The notes beneath the pieces were generated by a model, which had not been told where the DNA came from, did not search any database, and worked only from the letters and a program-made list of their open reading frames with translations. Shown in pieces: positions 60,234-64,000 of a stretch of DNA of 64,000 bases. The translations under genes and the position numbers were made by a program. This DNA is from Porphyridium purpureum (taxonomy: Eukaryota). Within the stretch, counting starts at the first letter, position 1. Each line of letters begins with the position of its first letter. The DNA is taken from contig VRMN01000002.1 in assembly GCA_008690995.1 (NCBI GenBank), forward strand, positions 620,001-684,000, written 5' to 3'.

Positions 60234-61769
60234 TTAGAAAGGAAGCCCGTCAAAGAGTGAATACGTTGGAATCGGCTCTGTCTGAGGGGGCGCGTAAGTA
60301 TACTCGTAGTAGACAGCGAATCCACCAGCATTCGGAGGCGGGCCAACATGGGCGGCATACGGATTTGACGCGACCGGTACTTGATGATGAAGACCGGGTT
60401 CAACGGCTGGCCAACCGGAGGAGCTGGCCAACCGACTCACGTTCAGAGGAGCCGGACGCGATGCGCTCAGTGCGCTCTGCTGAACCCTGTGTGCGTGGAA
60501 TTGTTGTTCCTGTCCGTGTGGCAGAGCGTACACTTGCGGATACGGATACAATCCCGGCGCAGGTACATGTTGAGGCGCATGCATATGTCCTTGAGCAGTA
60601 ATCTTCCCGTCGTTCACAACTTTCTTTGGCTTCTTTGAGTTGAGGGTTCCGTTCCGCCGCCTATCATTCGTTCTCTCGTACGTTTTGCACTGGGCACGCG
60701 GTGGACAAAGGCCCAGACAGTGTGGACAAGCCCATGATGTGCGCTGCGCCAGTGCGGCTTCAAAGTCCCAGTCGTTGTCTTCGAAACACAGCTCGCACAC
60801 AACTTTTCGACACGAGCCTTGACTGATATTGCAGCACACAATGTGCTTCACGACGCCCTGTTTCCGCTGGCAAATGTGGCAAAACCGGCTTGGTTCTCGG
60901 TCACTGGCATTTCGCTTTGCGTGGCTACCCGTGGACAGCTCCGAAGGTCGCCCGTCTGCTGCGTTTCTGCTGGAACCGTGTTTGGTCTTCGAACTTGCAT
61001 TTTCACAAAATGACTTGGTCGATGCTGCTGACGAAAGCGCGTGGCCTCGAGTTCCGTTCAAGGCATTTGTATTCGAATGTGATTTCTCCATCGCCTCCGG
61101 TGCAGCTTCCTGCGACTGCCTGTTTTCTGTTTTGGCTCCTTGCGCCGCAAGATTGGAAGACGCAAGGGCTAGATTCGCGGGCGACATCATGGATTCATCG
61201 ATTCGCTGGAACAAATCTTTTTGCTCCGTTCCTTCTGGGCGTTCAACAGCCGCTGAGTGCGTTTGCGGCTCTGCTTCCCTGGTCTCTTTCTCTGCATGAC
61301 TTGTGACATCCGTCGCAGACGCACTTCGAGTCATAGACGCCGGCCGTTCTGGAAACTGATCACGCTCCAACACCTGCTCGGCCCTTGTGTCCGCAGCCAG
61401 AGGCACATGCGACGTCGACTCTGCCACGCGCTGTCCATGGCGAACATATGTTTTGACTCTTTTTCTGGACTCCATGGATGACTGGGAGGCTTCATCACTT
61501 TGCCGACCAGACATTTCCGACACCCCCGCCGCTTTCTGCCGTTCCGACGGCGCCCACTTTGAGCCTGCTCCGACGTGACGCGCATCAGCCGCAGTCGTTG
61601 CCGGTGCCGCTTTGCCATCGCGCGCCTGCTCCATTTTCCGCTTGTGGGCCGTGCGCTCTCCCACCGCCTCACAGTCCGGCGCGTCGGCCGGCGCCGGCGG
61701 CGGGTCCTGCTCTACAGCCGCGGCCGGCGGTTCCCGCAGAGGCCCCTTCATTTCAAGCGCGCCTTCCAT
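60234..61769 (-). CDS. Cys-rich zinc-finger protein (zf-4CXXC_R1/RING-like)
   Basis: RFCHICQR...IVCCN...CRKVVCELC...WACPHCLGLCPPRAQC..YERTNDRRR, flanked by low-complexity regions. Confidence 0.75.
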   Translation of the reverse strand: MEGALEMKGPLREPPAAAVEQDPPPAPADAPDCEAVGERTAHKRKMEQARDGKAAPATTAADARHVGAGSKWAPSERQKAAGVSEMSGRQSDEASQSSMESRKRVKTYVRHGQRVAESTSHVPLAADTRAEQVLERDQFPERPASMTRSASATDVTSHAEKETREAEPQTHSAAVERPEGTEQKDLFQRIDESMMSPANLALASSNLAAQGAKTENRQSQEAAPEAMEKSHSNTNALNGTRGHALSSAASTKSFCENASSKTKHGSSRNAADGRPSELSTGSHAKRNASDREPSRFCHICQRKQGVVKHIVCCNISQGSCRKVVCELCFEDNDWDFEAALAQRTSWACPHCLGLCPPRAQCKTYERTNDRRRNGTLNSKKPKKVVNDGKITAQGHMHAPQHVPAPGLYPYPQVYALPHGQEQQFHAHRVQQSALSASRPAPLNVSRLASSSGWPAVEPGLHHQVPVASNPYAAHVGPPPNAGGFAVYYEYTYAPPQTEPIPTYSLFDGLPF

Positions 61770-61966
61770 TTTCAATGGACGCGGTCCGCGCCCTCACTCT
61801 CTTCAGACCCTTTTGCCCTCGCCAGATGTGCGCGCACGAGCGGAAGCGCTGAAAAAAGATCGTCTACTCAAACACCCCCATTCTCATAGACAAACGTCTT
61901 CCGTCAAACAGAGCGTGCGAGCCAAAAAAGTAAACACGAAAACAAGGAGGTACAGCTGATGGGTGC

Positions 61967-62863
61967 TCAGTACTGTGCTGGTCTGCGCTTGCGTTTTTGC
62001 AACACGGCTGGCGAGATGTGGAACAGGTCGGACATCTCGTCGCTGGACACCGCGAGCACTCTCTTGCGCTGTGTGGGCGGCGACGCGAACGCGCAGATGC
62101 TGTCGGGTTCCTGTGAGGCTGAGCGCTGCGCGGGCGGCTGCTTGGCAGCAAGGTCGCGCGCGTCGTCGTCTTGCACCGCACCTTCGCTTTCGCAACGTGC
62201 CGCCTCCGCCGCAATGGAGGCCAGAAAGTTGCGATGAGAGAGCGGCGCAAGCTCCGCCAGCCTTGAGCGCGACAGATCTCGCTGATTGAGGAAAGCGGGA
62301 CTCATTCGGACGGCAATCAGCGAGTTTATGTCTGGGTGAGAGCCCAGAAGCTCTGTCAGATTGCCCTTCGGGCGCGGGCCAGACGTGCGGAAGCCAAACG
62401 AGAATGTCTGACCAAGAAAGAAAGACCTCCACACGCGGCCGCTATGCCGTGAGTTCGCATACTCCACCGCCTGATCGAGCCTCGTTGACAGCAGTGGGAA
62501 CCGAGACGTCAAAGCGAGCCGCGATTCTCTCAGAAGCACCAGAACAGCGTCGGTGAAGGCCGTTACTTTCGCGGTGTTCAAATCCTCATCCACGATGTCC
62601 ATCTGCACGCGCAAGCTCCACTCGAACTGCTGGAAGCCGCAGTACACACACCGCTGCACAGGGAGGATCGGCGGCGGCTGTGACGCAGCCGCAGAACCGT
62701 CCTGCGGCTGCACTACGACGCATCCGTTCTTGCGCGACAGCTTGGCGGCGTCGCGCTGCAGGACGTGCTTCCTTGCGCATTGCCGGCAGGACAAGTACCA
62801 GCACGGCGCGGCGCCGTCGCCACACGCCATCTCATGCACCGAGCACACCAGCTCTGAAATCAT
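61967..62863 (-). CDS. Zn-ribbon OB-fold protein (RPA1-C-like, DDIAS/noxin-like)
   Basis: WYLSCRQCARK...RCVYCG..EWSLRVQMDIVD...VTAFTDAV...FLGQTFSFG. Confidence 0.72.
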   Translation of the reverse strand: MISELVCSVHEMACGDGAAPCWYLSCRQCARKHVLQRDAAKLSRKNGCVVVQPQDGSAAASQPPPILPVQRCVYCGFQQFEWSLRVQMDIVDEDLNTAKVTAFTDAVLVLLRESRLALTSRFPLLSTRLDQAVEYANSRHSGRVWRSFFLGQTFSFGFRTSGPRPKGNLTELLGSHPDINSLIAVRMSPAFLNQRDLSRSRLAELAPLSHRNFLASIAAEAARCESEGAVQDDDARDLAAKQPPAQRSASQEPDSICAFASPPTQRKRVLAVSSDEMSDLFHISPAVLQKRKRRPAQY

Positions 62864-63180
62864 CACGTTTGTGCGTTGTGCCGAGCGTTCCGTGCACGCA
62901 CCCACCCACCCCCTTCCCTCCTCCGCGCGTCGTCCCCTGCAACCACCGCATCAATGTACCCGCTCAAATTCAAACCGCGGTGCTGCGTTGAGGCGTTTTT
63001 AATTTTCGTTGTTCAAATTCGTGCTGGGTGATAATAAGGTACACGAAGTACAGTTGTGTCAGCAAGATGGTGATGATTTCCCAGAGGTGTTTGCATACAG
63101 ACGCCGCGCGCTTATTTTTAGAACCACTTCATGCGCTTGTTGCGACGCATGGCGTGATCAACTCGAAAGGCGCGGTGGAT

Positions 63181-63208
63181 CTGCTGCTGCTGCTGCTGCT
63201 GCTGCTGC
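63181..63208. repeat. (CTG)9 microsatellite
   Basis: ctgctgctgctgctgctgctgctgctgc in the intergenic/5'UTR region. Confidence 0.85.
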
Positions 63209-63349
63209 GTGCGTGCCTGTCTGCGTGCGTGTGTGATTCCGCGCGGCGCTCTGCCGAATAAGGTGCACAGCTGGGAGAAAGTCCTCGCGCACATTGGCGC
63301 GTTAGCGACGCCGGGGCCAAGCAAGCCCAAGTGTCCCGGAACAAGCATC

Positions 63350-64000
63350 ATGTCAGAACTGTCTGGCCGCATCTCCGGCGCACAGTCGAGTCCGTCGCCC
63401 GGCGAGGACTTTGATTTCGGCACCGTGATCAGCTCGCCCACAGAGCGCCCGCGCGTCAGCGGGAAGATGCCTCCGTCCATGCCGGCGAGCGGGGACGCCG
63501 TGGGCTTGGTACGGAACGGCTCCGAAACGCTCAAGGCAGGCGCGACGGAGAAAAGCAACTCGAAAAAGGGGAAGGGCCTCTGGTTTGCGGGGGGAAGCGG
63601 GAAGATAGAGACAAGTCCTTTCCCGGCCGCGCCGGGATCCGAGCTCGACGAGAAGGGCGCCAAGGTCACGGACAAAGACAAGTCGGCCAAGATGTTCACC
63701 GGATTCTCGCGCATGGTACGCTCCATGACGCGCAACGCGAAAGGCAGCGATCGGGAGGACTCCACAAAGCTCGCAGATGTTCCGGGGGAGTTCACTGACG
63801 CCAGGACTTCTTCACTGGAGAGTGATTTTGCTGGCGCCGATGGGTTAACCTCGCCCGGTCAAGATCACGCCGGTGAAGCGGCGAACGCGACCAGCAGTGC
63901 TCCGAGGGGAAACACGAAGAGTCCAAACAATCTCAGCATAGATATTGATGAGAACGTTTCGTGCAACGTGGCCGACCTGGGAGTCAGCAACATTTTTAGG
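63350..64000 (+). CDS. Hypothetical protein, 5' part only (runs off the window)
   Basis: 217 open codons from ATG 63350 (MSELSGRISGAQSSPSPGEDFDFG...) to the window end; low complexity, no domain visible. Confidence 0.7.
   Translation, partial: MSELSGRISGAQSSPSPGEDFDFGTVISSPTERPRVSGKMPPSMPASGDAVGLVRNGSETLKAGATEKSNSKKGKGLWFAGGSGKIETSPFPAAPGSELDEKGAKVTDKDKSAKMFTGFSRMVRSMTRNAKGSDREDSTKLADVPGEFTDARTSSLESDFAGADGLTSPGQDHAGEAANATSSAPRGNTKSPNNLSIDIDENVSCNVADLGVSNIFR

Noticed and set aside
38285..62863. PICH-like and DDIAS-like genes as a mitotic DNA-repair cluster
   Set aside because: They are about 22 kb apart with many unrelated genes between; co-location is likely chance.

Overview
Eukaryotic nuclear DNA, GC-rich, very gene-dense (about 30 protein genes in 64 kb) and almost intron-free. 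A nuclear-encoded sigma-70 factor, OPR-like organellar proteins, an EF-hand type II NADH dehydrogenase and a PBX-like TALE homeobox gene point to a unicellular red alga of the Porphyridium type (inference, not proven). Most genes are housekeeping: COQ8, a DHHC palmitoyltransferase, YbaK-like, G6PD, eIF4E, SBDS, membrin, U1-C, uL2m, RPP40 and three glycosyltransferases. Five elements are not given as such by the ORF track: a 1441-bp degenerate Tc3-like Tc1/mariner transposon with TA flanks and paired terminal motifs (13830-15270), a second Tc3-like fragment (about 24.3-24.7 kb), a C/D-box snoRNA of snR58/SNORD104 type just downstream of U1-C (45339-45431, minus), a two-exon gene with a tandem NAGNAG acceptor, and two genes cut by the window edges. 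Several proteins look like pseudo-enzymes or unusual architectures: an oxysterol-binding protein with EQVSHHPP replaced by EHIRDEPP, a PICH/ERCC6L-like half-helicase with dead ATPase motifs, a membrane-anchored alpha-carbonic anhydrase lacking zinc ligands, an FHA + CHD-type SANT/SLIDE fusion, a 4xPHD-JmjC demethylase, a stand-alone ZnT5 N-terminal domain, a MYDGF homolog, a DDIAS-like OB protein and a possible GCR1_C protein. All family calls come from motif comparison from memory; no searches were run. I see no single multi-gene novel system.
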